Program-made: the position numbers and the translations under genes
NCBI GenBank assembly: GCA_965207735.1
Contig: OZ242296.1
Location: 2,656,001 to 2,720,000, forward strand
Direction: 5' to 3'
Source: Candidatus Versatilivorator sp.
GTDB taxonomy: Bacteria; Acidobacteriota; Terriglobia; Versatilivoradales; Versatilivoraceae
Length of the DNA: 64,000 nucleotides
Notes under the pieces: model-generated
What the model saw: only the letters and a program-made list of their open reading frames with translations
Databases searched by the model: none
What the model was told of the DNA's origin: nothing
Shown here: piece after piece, positions 45,783 through 56,200 of the stretch
Position numbering within the stretch: position 1 is the first letter of the stretch
Layout of the letters: each line of letters starts with the position of its first letter

Positions 45783-48119
45783 TTAGAAAAGCTGCTCTCT
45801 TCTTCTCAGAGTTCCGAACGAACCGATATTCTTGAGAAAGAAACTGAACCGCACTTGGGACTCGTTGTCCAGTCGAGGGTTGAATTGCCTTAGACCGACA
45901 TGGCGAAGATGAACGGCTACGCCGCAGCAATCCCAATTGTAGGCCAACTGTGCTGCCGTGTACTGTCTGCGCCGGGAGGTGAAATTGTGGACAAAACTGA
46001 GGGCCGCACTGATCCCTTGAGGGGAGGATCGGCCCAGCCTGGCGCGGACCTGGTTGGAAGGAAGCTGGTTGGGGGGCAGGTTGCGGGTATTGTAGTAGGT
46101 CAGGCTTAGGAAGTACCGGGAAAGATTGACTCTAGCGGCGACGCTGCTGGCCCGCAGGCGTTGGACTTCGGGATCGTAATCGGTCCTGAAGTCAACCGTA
46201 TAGCGCCGAGCGGGGGTAAATCGCAACCGGGAGGAAACAGGAGACATCCTTCTGGATCCATCCAGATAAGCAAAAGCCGACAGCGTATTGGCAGGATAGA
46301 GCACGTTTCTTCGCCCAGGGATCAGGGCGCCGCCAAAGGTAGGATCGAAGAAGACCTTTTGCCCGATACTCAAGGACAGAACTTCGGCGGTCGTCCAGCC
46401 CCCGTCAGAGGTTGGGCGGCGAGCAAAGAAGCGATTGGAGAAGACATACTCGACTTCATTGGAGTTGCTTAAGATGTCCTTCTCATCGAAGAGTAGGGTC
46501 TCCCTGAATTCGTCGACCCCGGAGATGTAGCGGTAGGTGATCGACGGTTCGATGAGGTGCTTCAAGCGATGCTGGCCCACCTGAAAGATCCTCTGCAACC
46601 CCGGACCTCTCCAATCAAGTTCCAGGTCGAAGGCCGAGCGGCTCAAATTGCCGGGTCCGACTCCGGTGGGGCTCTGGGGATCCAACCGGTTCGAATAAAA
46701 GGTCTCCCGCCAGCCCACGCTGGAGGTCAGGCTGATCCCGCTCGACCTGATGATGGGAACAGAGAGCTTGGGATAGAAATCGAAGCGCTGGACGATGCCA
46801 GGCGTCGATAGACGGGCGTCCGTGCGGCCCATGCCTTCCACGGAGGTTTCGTAGGAAAAGTAGATCGGCCAGTTTTTTATCCTGCGCCGATGGCCGTTTA
46901 AGTTGAAACTGGGAAACGTGCGGCTAGTGACCGCCCTTTCCCTGGAAAAAATTGTCGAGCGGCGCTCCCCGAAGACGTTGAGGCTGTCGCTCGAAAAGTT
47001 TCGGGTCAGAAAGCCCGAGGACACCTCATCGGGTCTGGAGATCCTGTTGAAAGTGCGTCCATACACCTGTCGAAATTCCTGGGAGCTCACCACATCCACG
47101 CCGGCCGCCGCCCTGAATCCGTTTTCCCACCGGGTCTCCGCCTTGACCTGTGCGCTCTGGCCGCCGAAGCCCATCCGATCCCGGGCAGCATAGCCCACGG
47201 CGGAAATGGAACTGTGCTGGTTGGGCCTGGCCTTGAAATCCAGCCCTCCGGCAGGCCCGCGCTTGGAATAATAATCCGCACGTGTCAAGAGATCGGCGCT
47301 GCGGCCCAGGGTCAAGAAAAAAGCTCCGCTGACGGAGCGCCCGCGGCTGGAGGAGTTGCCCGTGGAAGGCAAGAGAAAGCCTGTCTTTCGCTGCTTTTCA
47401 CTGGTGGGCGCCCTGAGAAAGGGGCTGTAGAATAGGGGAAGTTTCTTGATTCTGAAGACGGCGTGCCGCAGGTTTACGGGCTCGTCCACTTTGAAATCCG
47501 CACCCTTGGCCGAGAAGCTCCACTTGGGAACCGGATCCTCGCAGGCCGTGACCATTCCATCCACGATTCTATACTCATCCTCCCCGACCTTCCGGACCTC
47601 TTTGGCCTGGAAGAGGAAACCGGTGTCGGATCGACTCTGATTCTCGACCTGGGTCTTGCCACTGACGTCGTAAAAGGTCCCCGTCCGGCTGTCCAAGTTG
47701 AATTTGAAGCGAGAGGCGTGAAGACGGGTGAGTCCTTGCTCGAAGTAAACGTTTCCTTCGCCTTCAACATCTCGGGTGCTGTCGTTGCCGCAAATCCGGT
47801 CGGCTTTCAAGAGCAGGTCTCGGAAGCTGACCTCTACATCGCCCTGGGCGAGATAGTCGTGTTTCCCCGTCCTGGCCTGTCGTTCGGCTCGGACGGTGAT
47901 GACTTCGTCACCGACCCGGATGGCAAGAGGATCGATTGCGGCTGATGAGGCAGCTGGCTCCGATTCCGGCTGCTGTTCCCGGGATTGGCTGGATCCCGGA
48001 ATTGCCGAGAGCAGCACCAGTAGCCCGGCCAGTACCCCTATCCGGCCTGGATTGGCCCGGGCTCCGGAATCGCCGGGAATTGGGTCCGTCCTTGAGTGAA
48101 GTGGGCTGAGAGAATGCAC
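45783..48119 (-). CDS. lptD: LPS-assembly outer-membrane protein LptD
   Basis: N-terminal OstA-like region, 'TAC..PVPKW', 'RKTGFLLPS', 'KHLIEP', C-terminal 'YNWDCCG'; start uncertain. Confidence 0.85.
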   Translation of the reverse strand: MHSLSPLHSRTDPIPGDSGARANPGRIGVLAGLLVLLSAIPGSSQSREQQPESEPAASSAAIDPLAIRVGDEVITVRAERQARTGKHDYLAQGDVEVSFRDLLLKADRICGNDSTRDVEGEGNVYFEQGLTRLHASRFKFNLDSRTGTFYDVSGKTQVENQSRSDTGFLFQAKEVRKVGEDEYRIVDGMVTACEDPVPKWSFSAKGADFKVDEPVNLRHAVFRIKKLPLFYSPFLRAPTSEKQRKTGFLLPSTGNSSSRGRSVSGAFFLTLGRSADLLTRADYYSKRGPAGGLDFKARPNQHSSISAVGYAARDRMGFGGQSAQVKAETRWENGFRAAAGVDVVSSQEFRQVYGRTFNRISRPDEVSSGFLTRNFSSDSLNVFGERRSTIFSRERAVTSRTFPSFNLNGHRRRIKNWPIYFSYETSVEGMGRTDARLSTPGIVQRFDFYPKLSVPIIRSSGISLTSSVGWRETFYSNRLDPQSPTGVGPGNLSRSAFDLELDWRGPGLQRIFQVGQHRLKHLIEPSITYRYISGVDEFRETLLFDEKDILSNSNEVEYVFSNRFFARRPTSDGGWTTAEVLSLSIGQKVFFDPTFGGALIPGRRNVLYPANTLSAFAYLDGSRRMSPVSSRLRFTPARRYTVDFRTDYDPEVQRLRASSVAARVNLSRYFLSLTYYNTRNLPPNQLPSNQVRARLGRSSPQGISAALSFVHNFTSRRRQYTAAQLAYNWDCCGVAVHLRHVGLRQFNPRLDNESQVRFSFFLKNIGSFGTLRRREQLF

Positions 48120-48355
48120 TGGAAAATTCTTGGAAGCGGTTCACGGAGCGCCCGCACCTGAACAAAGGGTCGCGTCCCCTATGGAGCGGAAGCAGCCGAC
48201 AACCATAGGAAAAGCTTAGCACAATGTGAACTTCCCCCGGAGGCGCTCCGCAAGACTGGAATATCGCTAGCCCGTTCTGATAATATCTGCCCAATCCACT
48301 CAGACCGGGACTCTGCTTTTTGGACTTGACCACCTCCACCGGCTGATCGATTTCC

Positions 48356-49372
48356 ATGATTTGTCCTTCCTGTGGCCTCCACAATGCATCGAACACGGAG
48401 AATTGTGTCGGGTGCAATCACCCCCTGCCCCCCTCCTCCGCGGAACCCGCCACGGATCCGAACCCGCCTGACGAGCCAAGCGGGAACCTGGCTGTGCAGG
48501 ACGAACCGGTTTCCTCTCCCGCGGATTTAACGGTGGTGAAGGATTCCCAGCAGCCTCCGCCTGATCGAGTCTCCGTCCCGGACCTGCAGCAGGAACCGTT
48601 CGAAACCGCGGTGAAGGACTTCCTGGATCGGGACTTCGTGAGGACTGAGCCCCCCGCTTCCGGCCCATCCCGGCAACCGCCCGATCAGCAGGAGTCTGCA
48701 CCTGCCGGACCAACTCTTCCGGAATCCGAACCGGCTACCGGCCCTCCCCCCGGCGGCCCGAGAACTGCCAGCCCCACACCGGTTTCGCAGACCGTCCAAT
48801 CCGGCGCTGGGACGGCCCCACGAAGCCAGGGAACCCTATTCTCCGACAAGATTCAAAGGATCGAAATCAAACTCAACCAATCACCGCTTCCATTTGGAGA
48901 AAGCAAGCCTCGGGATACCTTGCTGAGGGATTCCATTCATGAGGACCTGCGGTCCGCATCCGTATGGGATCGTTTCGCCGCCGGGATCGTCGATACTTTA
49001 TTCGTTGTCGGCTGTTGGCTGATCTTCAGCCTGGTGGTCATCGCCTTTACGGATTTCAAGGTGCTCTCCATTTCCGCCGGGCTGGGGCTCGGACTGGTGT
49101 TCCTCTCCATTGCGCTTTCCTACTTTTTTCTTTTCACCGTTCTTGGTGCCCGAACACCGGGGATGGACTTCATGGGCCTGGCGGTCATTCGCTTTGACGG
49201 CGGAATGCCCTCACTCCGGGAAGTAGGTTTGCGGGTTTTCGGTTACTGCATCTCCGCGGGTTGTTTTGGCTTGGGCTTCCTCTGGGCTTTCTTCGATTCG
49301 GAACGACTGACCTGGCACGACCGTATTTCCAAGACCCTGGTGATTGAATCCGGCCCCCCTCAGGGCGATTGA
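48356..49372 (+). CDS. RDD family membrane protein with N-terminal zinc ribbon and Pro-rich linker
   Basis: 'CPSCG..N......C..C', 'RFAAGIVD', 'RTPG', 'TWHDRIS.T'. Confidence 0.88.
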   Translation: MICPSCGLHNASNTENCVGCNHPLPPSSAEPATDPNPPDEPSGNLAVQDEPVSSPADLTVVKDSQQPPPDRVSVPDLQQEPFETAVKDFLDRDFVRTEPPASGPSRQPPDQQESAPAGPTLPESEPATGPPPGGPRTASPTPVSQTVQSGAGTAPRSQGTLFSDKIQRIEIKLNQSPLPFGESKPRDTLLRDSIHEDLRSASVWDRFAAGIVDTLFVVGCWLIFSLVVIAFTDFKVLSISAGLGLGLVFLSIALSYFFLFTVLGARTPGMDFMGLAVIRFDGGMPSLREVGLRVFGYCISAGCFGLGFLWAFFDSERLTWHDRISKTLVIESGPPQGD

Positions 49373-49448
49373 AGGTTATCGCTGAAATCGAGCCTGGGCG
49401 CCGGGCCTGGCCTCCTTGCCCGGAGATTTTTTCGTGTGCTAGGATGCT

Positions 49449-50330
49449 TTGGTTCCGGAGTTGACCTTGACTAACAAGTTCACAGTAGCTTTGGCCCAGG
49501 TGTCACCCAAGCTGGGGCTGTTAAAGGAAAACCTGCAACTTCATCTGGACACCATCCGCCAGGCAAAATCGGAAGGCGCGGATCTGGTTGTTTTTCCGGA
49601 ACTTTCCCTGACCGGGTATATTCTGCAGGACCTGGTGCCGGACGTTGCCATCGATCCGCTGAACGCTCCACATCTCCAGCCACTGCTGCAGGGCTGCAGG
49701 GATATCGCCTGTGTTTTCGGCTTTGTGGAAGTCTCGGATCGCTACAACTACTACAACGCCGCCGCTTACGTGTCCGAGGGCAGGATCCAGCATGTGCACC
49801 GGAAGCTGTATCTGCCCACTTACGGCATGTTCGACGAGATGCGCTTTTTCGCCATGGGCGAGAAATTGCGGACTGTCCGCACTCCCTTCGGTCCGTTGGG
49901 ATTGCTGATCTGTGAAGACCTCTGGCACCCCTCTACCCTCTACCTGCACGCGCAGGATGGGGCCCGAGTGGTCGTGACGCTCTCCTCAAGTCCCGGTAGG
50001 GGCGTGAGGACCGACGCAGGGTTCCAGACGTCTCAGGGATGGGAGATTCTGCTGAAGGCCTTGTCGCAGTTTTACACGGTTTACAACCTTTACGCCAATC
50101 GATCCGGGATCGAGGATGGCGCCTACTTCCCCGGAGGATCGATGGTTGTCGGTCCGGTTGGGGAGGTGGTTGCCCGAAGCCAAACCTTTGGAGAGGACCT
50201 GGTGCTGGCCCAGCTGGATCTGGAAGAGATCCGCCGGGCACGGCTCTTCACGCCAGTCCTGCGGGACGAGCGCCTGGATCTGACCCTGAGGGAACTCACT
50301 CGAATTGCCCTTCAGCGCTCTTCGTCCTGA
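49449..50330 (+). CDS. Carbon-nitrogen hydrolase (nitrilase-fold), probable glutaminase subunit of NAD synthetase
   Basis: Triad 'FPELSLTGY', 'HRKLYLPTYGMFDE', 'ICEDLWH'; directly upstream of nadE. Confidence 0.85.
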   Translation: MVPELTLTNKFTVALAQVSPKLGLLKENLQLHLDTIRQAKSEGADLVVFPELSLTGYILQDLVPDVAIDPLNAPHLQPLLQGCRDIACVFGFVEVSDRYNYYNAAAYVSEGRIQHVHRKLYLPTYGMFDEMRFFAMGEKLRTVRTPFGPLGLLICEDLWHPSTLYLHAQDGARVVVTLSSSPGRGVRTDAGFQTSQGWEILLKALSQFYTVYNLYANRSGIEDGAYFPGGSMVVGPVGEVVARSQTFGEDLVLAQLDLEEIRRARLFTPVLRDERLDLTLRELTRIALQRSSS

Positions 50331-50360
50331 CCCACATATCTCCCGGCTTGTCTAACGCAT

Positions 50361-51173
50361 ATGCAACTGAACTGCCGGCTGGTGAACCAGGTCCTTCAGG
50401 GGTTTGTCCGCGACGAGCTCAGCAAGGCAGGATTTCACCGGGTCGTGGTCGGACTCTCAGGGGGCATCGACTCGGCGGTGTCCTGCTTTCTGGCGGCTCG
50501 TGCCCTGGGTCCTGAGAATGTTCTGGCTGTCATGATGCCTTACAGGACCAGCAGTCCGGAGAGCCTCTCCGATGCCCGGGCAGTGGTGCAGGCGCTCCGG
50601 GTCAAAAGCGAGATCGTCGAAATCACCCCCATCGTGGACGGCTACTTCGAGGCGCAGTCGCAGGCCAATTCCCTGCGCCGCGGCAACGCCATGGCCCGAG
50701 CCCGAATGATCGTCCTCTTCGACAAATCGATGGAGTTCAATGCGCTGGTTCTTGGCACCTCCAACAAGACGGAACTGCTGCTGGGCTACGGTACGCTCTT
50801 CGGAGACATGGCTTCCTCGATCAATCCCGTCGGAGATCTTTACAAGGCCGATGTCTTCAAGCTGGCGCGTTTTCTGCAAGTCCCCCGATCCATTCTCGAC
50901 AAAAAGCCCACCGCCGATCTCTGGGCGGGACAGTCGGACGAAGACGAGTTGGGATTTACCTATGCCGAAGTCGATGAACTCCTGCACGAGCTCATCGACC
51001 GCCGTGTCTCCCGGCAAGAACTGTTGGAAAGAGGCTTCGAGAAAGAATTTATCCATCGGGTCGTCAATAGAATTCGACGCTCCCAGTTCAAGCGGCGCGG
51101 GCCGGTAGTGTGCAAGCTGTCCCCCCGGTCAGTCAGTCACGACTTCCACTATCTCCGAGACTGGGGAATGTAA
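50361..51173 (+). CDS. nadE: NAD+ synthetase (synthetase domain only)
   Basis: 'GLSGGIDS', 'GTSNKTE', 'GYGTLFGD', 'PTADLW.GQSDE', 'SQFKR'. Confidence 0.95.
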   Translation: MQLNCRLVNQVLQGFVRDELSKAGFHRVVVGLSGGIDSAVSCFLAARALGPENVLAVMMPYRTSSPESLSDARAVVQALRVKSEIVEITPIVDGYFEAQSQANSLRRGNAMARARMIVLFDKSMEFNALVLGTSNKTELLLGYGTLFGDMASSINPVGDLYKADVFKLARFLQVPRSILDKKPTADLWAGQSDEDELGFTYAEVDELLHELIDRRVSRQELLERGFEKEFIHRVVNRIRRSQFKRRGPVVCKLSPRSVSHDFHYLRDWGM

Positions 51174-51187
51174 TTTCCCAGCGCGTT

Positions 51188-52045
51188 ATGGCAGGAACAC
51201 TCTTCGTGGTAGCCACACCGATCGGAAATCTGGAAGACATCACCCTGCGCGCGCTGCGAATCCTTGGTGAAGTAGACTTGATCGCCTGCGAGGACACCCG
51301 CCACACCGGAAAACTGCTGGCCCACTACCAGATTTCGACTCCGACCTCCAGCTACCACGAACACAACGAGCGCCAGCGAACCGGCTGGTTGGTGGAACGA
51401 CTGGAATCGGGAATGGACATCGCTCTGGTCAGCGACGCGGGAACTCCGTCCATCTCCGACCCAGGCTATCGTTTGGTTCGGGCCGCCCTGGAGCGCGGGT
51501 TCCATGTTTCTCCAATCCCCGGCGCCTGCGCGATCATTTCCGCCCTGAGCATCTCCGGGAGACCCACCGATTCCTTTGCTTTCCTGGGTTTCCTTCCCGG
51601 CAGGAGAACGGCTCGCCGCACCAGGCTGCGAGCGTTGCGGTCGGAATCTCGTACGCTGCTCTTTTTTGAATCTCCGCTGAGGCTGGCGTCCACTCTCAGC
51701 GACATCGACGAGATCCTGAATTCGCAGGAAGTGACGGTGGCCCGGGAAATGACCAAGGTTCACGAACAACTGGTCACGGGAACGGCGGCCGAACTGGCTT
51801 CGCTCTTCCGAAGCCGCCGCCCCAGGGGCGAGGCGGTGGTGGTAGTGGAAAAGGCCTCGTCGGAGCCCGAAGCTGCCGAGTCACTCAGCGACAGGGAACT
51901 GGATCGTCGTGTCGAAGGACTGGTGCATCAGGGTCTTTCCAAAAAGGAGGCCATCAAGAAGTTGGCCAAGGAGTTGGCTTCTCCGAAGCGGGAGCTTTAC
52001 CTTCGCCTGCTCCGAGAGAAAAAAATTGTGGATGGAAAACAATAA
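51188..52045 (+). CDS. rsmI: 16S rRNA (cytidine1402-2'-O)-methyltransferase
   Basis: 'LFVVATPIGNLEDIT', 'CEDTR', 'SDAGTPSISDPG', 'REMTKVHE'. Confidence 0.95.
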   Translation: MAGTLFVVATPIGNLEDITLRALRILGEVDLIACEDTRHTGKLLAHYQISTPTSSYHEHNERQRTGWLVERLESGMDIALVSDAGTPSISDPGYRLVRAALERGFHVSPIPGACAIISALSISGRPTDSFAFLGFLPGRRTARRTRLRALRSESRTLLFFESPLRLASTLSDIDEILNSQEVTVAREMTKVHEQLVTGTAAELASLFRSRRPRGEAVVVVEKASSEPEAAESLSDRELDRRVEGLVHQGLSKKEAIKKLAKELASPKRELYLRLLREKKIVDGKQ

Positions 52046-52075
52046 CAACCAAAGGGTTGGAGGAAGGAAAGAGAG

Positions 52076-53245
52076 ATGATGGAAAAACTGGCTGGCCGCA
52101 TGGGACGGTTGGGAACGGAAACGGCCTTCGATGTCCTGGTAAGAGCCAAAGCGCTGGAGGCGAAGGGACGCAGCGTCGTTCACCTGGAACTTGGAGAGCC
52201 GGACTTCGATACCCCTTCCAACGTGATCCGGGCCGCCAACACCGCCATGGAGGAAGGTTACACCCACTATTGCGCTTCAGCCGGCCTGGTGGAACTGCGA
52301 GAAGCCATTGCCGACCACGTGGGGAAAACTCGCTCAGTAGACATCGATCCGGATTGGGTCGTGGTCACGCCCGGAGCCAAGCCCATCATGTTTTTTCTGA
52401 TCCTGGCCCTGGTGGAGGAGGGCGACGAAGTCATCTACCCCAACCCGGGCTTCCCCATCTACGAATCCATGATCCGCTTTTGCGGGGGTACCCCGGTCCC
52501 CCTGCCCTTGCTGGAGGAGTTCGAGTTCCGTTTCGATCCCAAGCAGCTTCAATCTAAAGTCTCGTCCAGAACCAAGCTGATCATTATCAACTCTCCGCAA
52601 AACCCAACCGGAGGACTGCTGACGGAAAATGATCTGGCAATCGTTGCGGATTTGGCTACCCGGCATGACATCACGGTTCTTTCGGATGAAATTTACTCCT
52701 GCATCATCTACGAAGGAGAGCATCGCAGTATCACCTCGATTCCAGGAATGATGGACCGCACCGTCATCCTGGACGGGTTCTCCAAGACCTTCGCCATGAC
52801 CGGCTGGAGGCTCGGATACGGCATCATGAGGCCGGAACTGCAGACCCACATCTCAAAGCTGGCGACCAACAGCGTTTCCTGCACGGCGCCTTTTGCCCAG
52901 CGGGCGGGGTTGGAGGCATTGGCCAACGCCGAGAGCGCCACGGCTTCGATGGTGGCGGAATTTCGCAAGCGCAGGGATTTTCTGGTCGAGACGCTGAATC
53001 GAATACCGGGAATGAGCTGCCTGAATCCGCCCGGAGCCTTCTACGTGTTCCCGAACGTTCGCTCCTTCGGCAAAAGCAGCGACGAGATTGCCGATTACCT
53101 GTTGCAGGAAGCCGGCGTGGCCTTGCTCTCGGGAACAGCTTTCGGAGCTTTTGGAGAGGGCTACCTCCGGCTCTCCTACGCTACATCCATGGAAAACCTT
53201 GCCGAGGGTAGCCAACGGATAGCAGCCGGGCTGGCCCGACTGTGA
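52076..53245 (+). CDS. PLP-dependent class I (aspartate-type) aminotransferase
   Basis: 'GEPDF', 'NSPQNPTG', 'SDEIY', 'SKTFAMTGWRLG'. Confidence 0.93.
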   Translation: MMEKLAGRMGRLGTETAFDVLVRAKALEAKGRSVVHLELGEPDFDTPSNVIRAANTAMEEGYTHYCASAGLVELREAIADHVGKTRSVDIDPDWVVVTPGAKPIMFFLILALVEEGDEVIYPNPGFPIYESMIRFCGGTPVPLPLLEEFEFRFDPKQLQSKVSSRTKLIIINSPQNPTGGLLTENDLAIVADLATRHDITVLSDEIYSCIIYEGEHRSITSIPGMMDRTVILDGFSKTFAMTGWRLGYGIMRPELQTHISKLATNSVSCTAPFAQRAGLEALANAESATASMVAEFRKRRDFLVETLNRIPGMSCLNPPGAFYVFPNVRSFGKSSDEIADYLLQEAGVALLSGTAFGAFGEGYLRLSYATSMENLAEGSQRIAAGLARL

Positions 53246-53256
53246 CATGAAGCGGA

Positions 53257-56200
53257 TCAGGGCACGCCGTAAACGAAGAACGCGTCCCCGGAGGTCTGGC
53301 CTTCGGTGACGACTGCAAAGGCCAAAAACGGGTTGGACCCGGAAGTTCGGGAGACGCGAGCGTAGCCCTGGTCGGTGTCTGGAGCGTGCTGCTCCAGAAT
53401 CGACTCCAATCGGATCGATTGTCTGGCCTCCAGCTCCACTTCCTCGATCGTATGGGCCAGCATTCCCGTTTCTCCGTCGTAGATCTCCACGCTGAACAGG
53501 CTGGTCTCGTCGCCCAGCTCGCCCGTATTGACGATTCCCAGATCGGTTCGCTTCTCCTGGTCCTGACGCAAACCGTACACCCAGGCCGGAGAATGGTGGG
53601 AGTCTCCGTAAGGCACGGCCGCATGAACAAATGCGTTGCGGCTGCCATCCACAAGCGTTGAATTCCTCGCACCCACGTAGTAGCCGGTGTCCTCTCCGAC
53701 TCCATCAACGGTAACAAAGATTGAGCCGGAGAAGTCCTCACCGACTGCACCCAACCCCGGGAAGAAAGATCCCGGCAGGCTCCCCTGTCGGCGCAGCCAG
53801 CTTACAAACTCGGGCACGATGATCTGCTCGCCGGGTCTCACCGAGACGAATCGAGCACCCTGCGGGTTCTGAATTCCATCGGACAAGACCGAAAACCCCA
53901 CTACCTTCCAGGATTCTGACCAGTTGGCCACCACCAGTTCGCTGTCGAAGCGGGCGGTTTTCTCCACGGCGAGCAATGTCTGTCCCTTTCTGCCAACGGT
54001 TGCGTTTTCCGGAACAGGCGCAATAAAGGAGCCGTCGAAACCGCCCAGGTCGGTGAGGAGGGCATAGGCGTAGTAGGGTGCTTGCCCTTCAACCATCTCA
54101 ACGCGTACATAGCCGTTTTCCAGCGACAGCCCACCGGACCGGAGCACATCGTCGATTCGACGGAAGTCACCTGGCGCCAGAATCTCATCCGGGAGAACCA
54201 ACGAACCTGGCTGCTGAGGATCACCGGAGATGACGGTCAGTCTCAGGGTAATTTCGTCACTCGCCTGCCCCCCCAGGTTGTGAACCACAAGGCTGCTGCG
54301 ATCCGCTTCATCGTGGCGGAGTCCACAGAGATATACCGGCTGGTGAAATCCGGTGGACACACCTGGATAGGCCCAACCGCTTTGGACGCCGTCAACCGTC
54401 CGGGTCGTTCGTACGGCCACCGTCCCTTCCGATTCGGCGTTCAGCCCGGAGAAACGAACCGACAGACTTCCTCCCCGGCTTCCTGAATCCGGAATGGGAA
54501 CCCCCAGTTCTCTCAGGTAATCGATGGCATCTGGCACGATGCGCTGCCGGCCTGCCGGCAAGTCGTCCGTGGCGGTGCCGCTTCCCCCGCCAGTGGCCGC
54601 CGTGTAGGTGAGTTCCAGCGTGGCCGGCTGGGTTCCCCGATTGCTGAGGGTCAGCTCCGAATTGACTGCGGCGCCATCGGATTCGGTGGTTGCGAGCACA
54701 ATGGGCACAAAGACTTCGGCATTGCCGAGGAGCCTCGCCACGAAGGCTCCGTTCCCTTCCGAAGCTTGATAAGCCCCGGTGGTCAAGGTGAAGTCGGAGC
54801 CCGCCTGTCCGGTGATGAAAGCGCTTCCCCGAGGACTAACCCAAAGCCCGCTGCCTCCCTCCAGGCTATCACCGCTACCCGCCCTGACCGAGTAGACCAG
54901 CTCCTCCCCCCGGGGGTCCAGTTTGCTTACGAAAATCTGTCCCTCGGAAGACCCCAGGGTCTCGGTCTGCGGAAAGTCGGAGGAAAGCGTCACGCCCGTC
55001 ACATAGGCGTTCCCGCTCAGGTCCACACCCACGCCATTGGCATAATCGATGAAGCTGCCGCCCAGGTAGGTGGAATAGACCAGTGCCGTTCCCTCCTGGT
55101 TCAGCTTGGAGACAAAAGCATCCAGGCAGAGAGAACTGCCGCAAATTCCGGCTCCAGGCGCCGTTTCGGAAAAAGCACCCGGAGTCGTTGGAAAATCCTG
55201 GTAGGCCGTGTAACCCGTCACATAAGCGTAATTCCGTCCGTCGACAGCGATCCCAGTGATCGCCTCCAGTTCCTGGGGTGACGCATCGAAGGGCACGGAG
55301 AACCCTCCGAGGCGAAAGTTGTAAAGGATTTCGGCTCCCTCGGAACCCAGCTTAGTCACGTATGACTCGTCTCCATTTCTGCCGGACAAATAAGCATTGT
55401 TCCGGGAATCCAGGGCCACACCCGTGCCCCCCACGCCCTGGACTGAATAGAGCAGCGACGTCCCATCCGGATGGAGCTTGGCCACAAATCCGACGGCGGC
55501 GCCATCACCTGTGACGTAAGCGGACCCGTGAGCGTCGACGGCAATTCCGTTGCCACCCAATCCACCCTCAATGCCTCCCAGATAGGTCGAGTAGAGCAGA
55601 GCCGTCCCTGTCGCATTGATCTTGGTGACAAAGGCACTGGTGCAGAACTGGCCCGTAAAGTCCGAAGCGCACTGCTCACTCGATAGGGCCGATTGCCAGG
55701 CATCGGTTGAGACAGGGAAGTCGGAAGAGTTGGTGGTGCCAGTGAGATAGACATTGTCTTGAGAATCCACGGCAACCCCGTATCCGTACTCGAATCCGGA
55801 ACCGCCCAGAAAAGTGGAATAGATCAATTCCGTCCCCTCGGCGTTCAGTTTGGCCAAGAGAACGTCGGGACAGCGAACCAGGTTCGGCCCGTCATAACAC
55901 TCCCCTTCACTGTGCAGGCTTTGAAAGGCGTCGGCGGAGGTGAGAAAGGCGGGGTTGGCAATACCCGTCACGTAGGCGTTCCCCTCCCGGTCGACAGCGA
56001 CGGCAAGACCACCTATTCCGCCGGCCGAGTAGGTCAATACGGGATCGATGACCAGAGCCCTGCCCGGATCGTAGTGACCCAAACGGAATCCCACCTCGCC
56101 GTTGCCGCCAAGCTCGTACTGCACGCGGACTTCCTGGCGAACGCCACCCTCTTCCTGATACGCCAGGGGACGCATCAGACGGAGATCTCCCGGGAGAATA

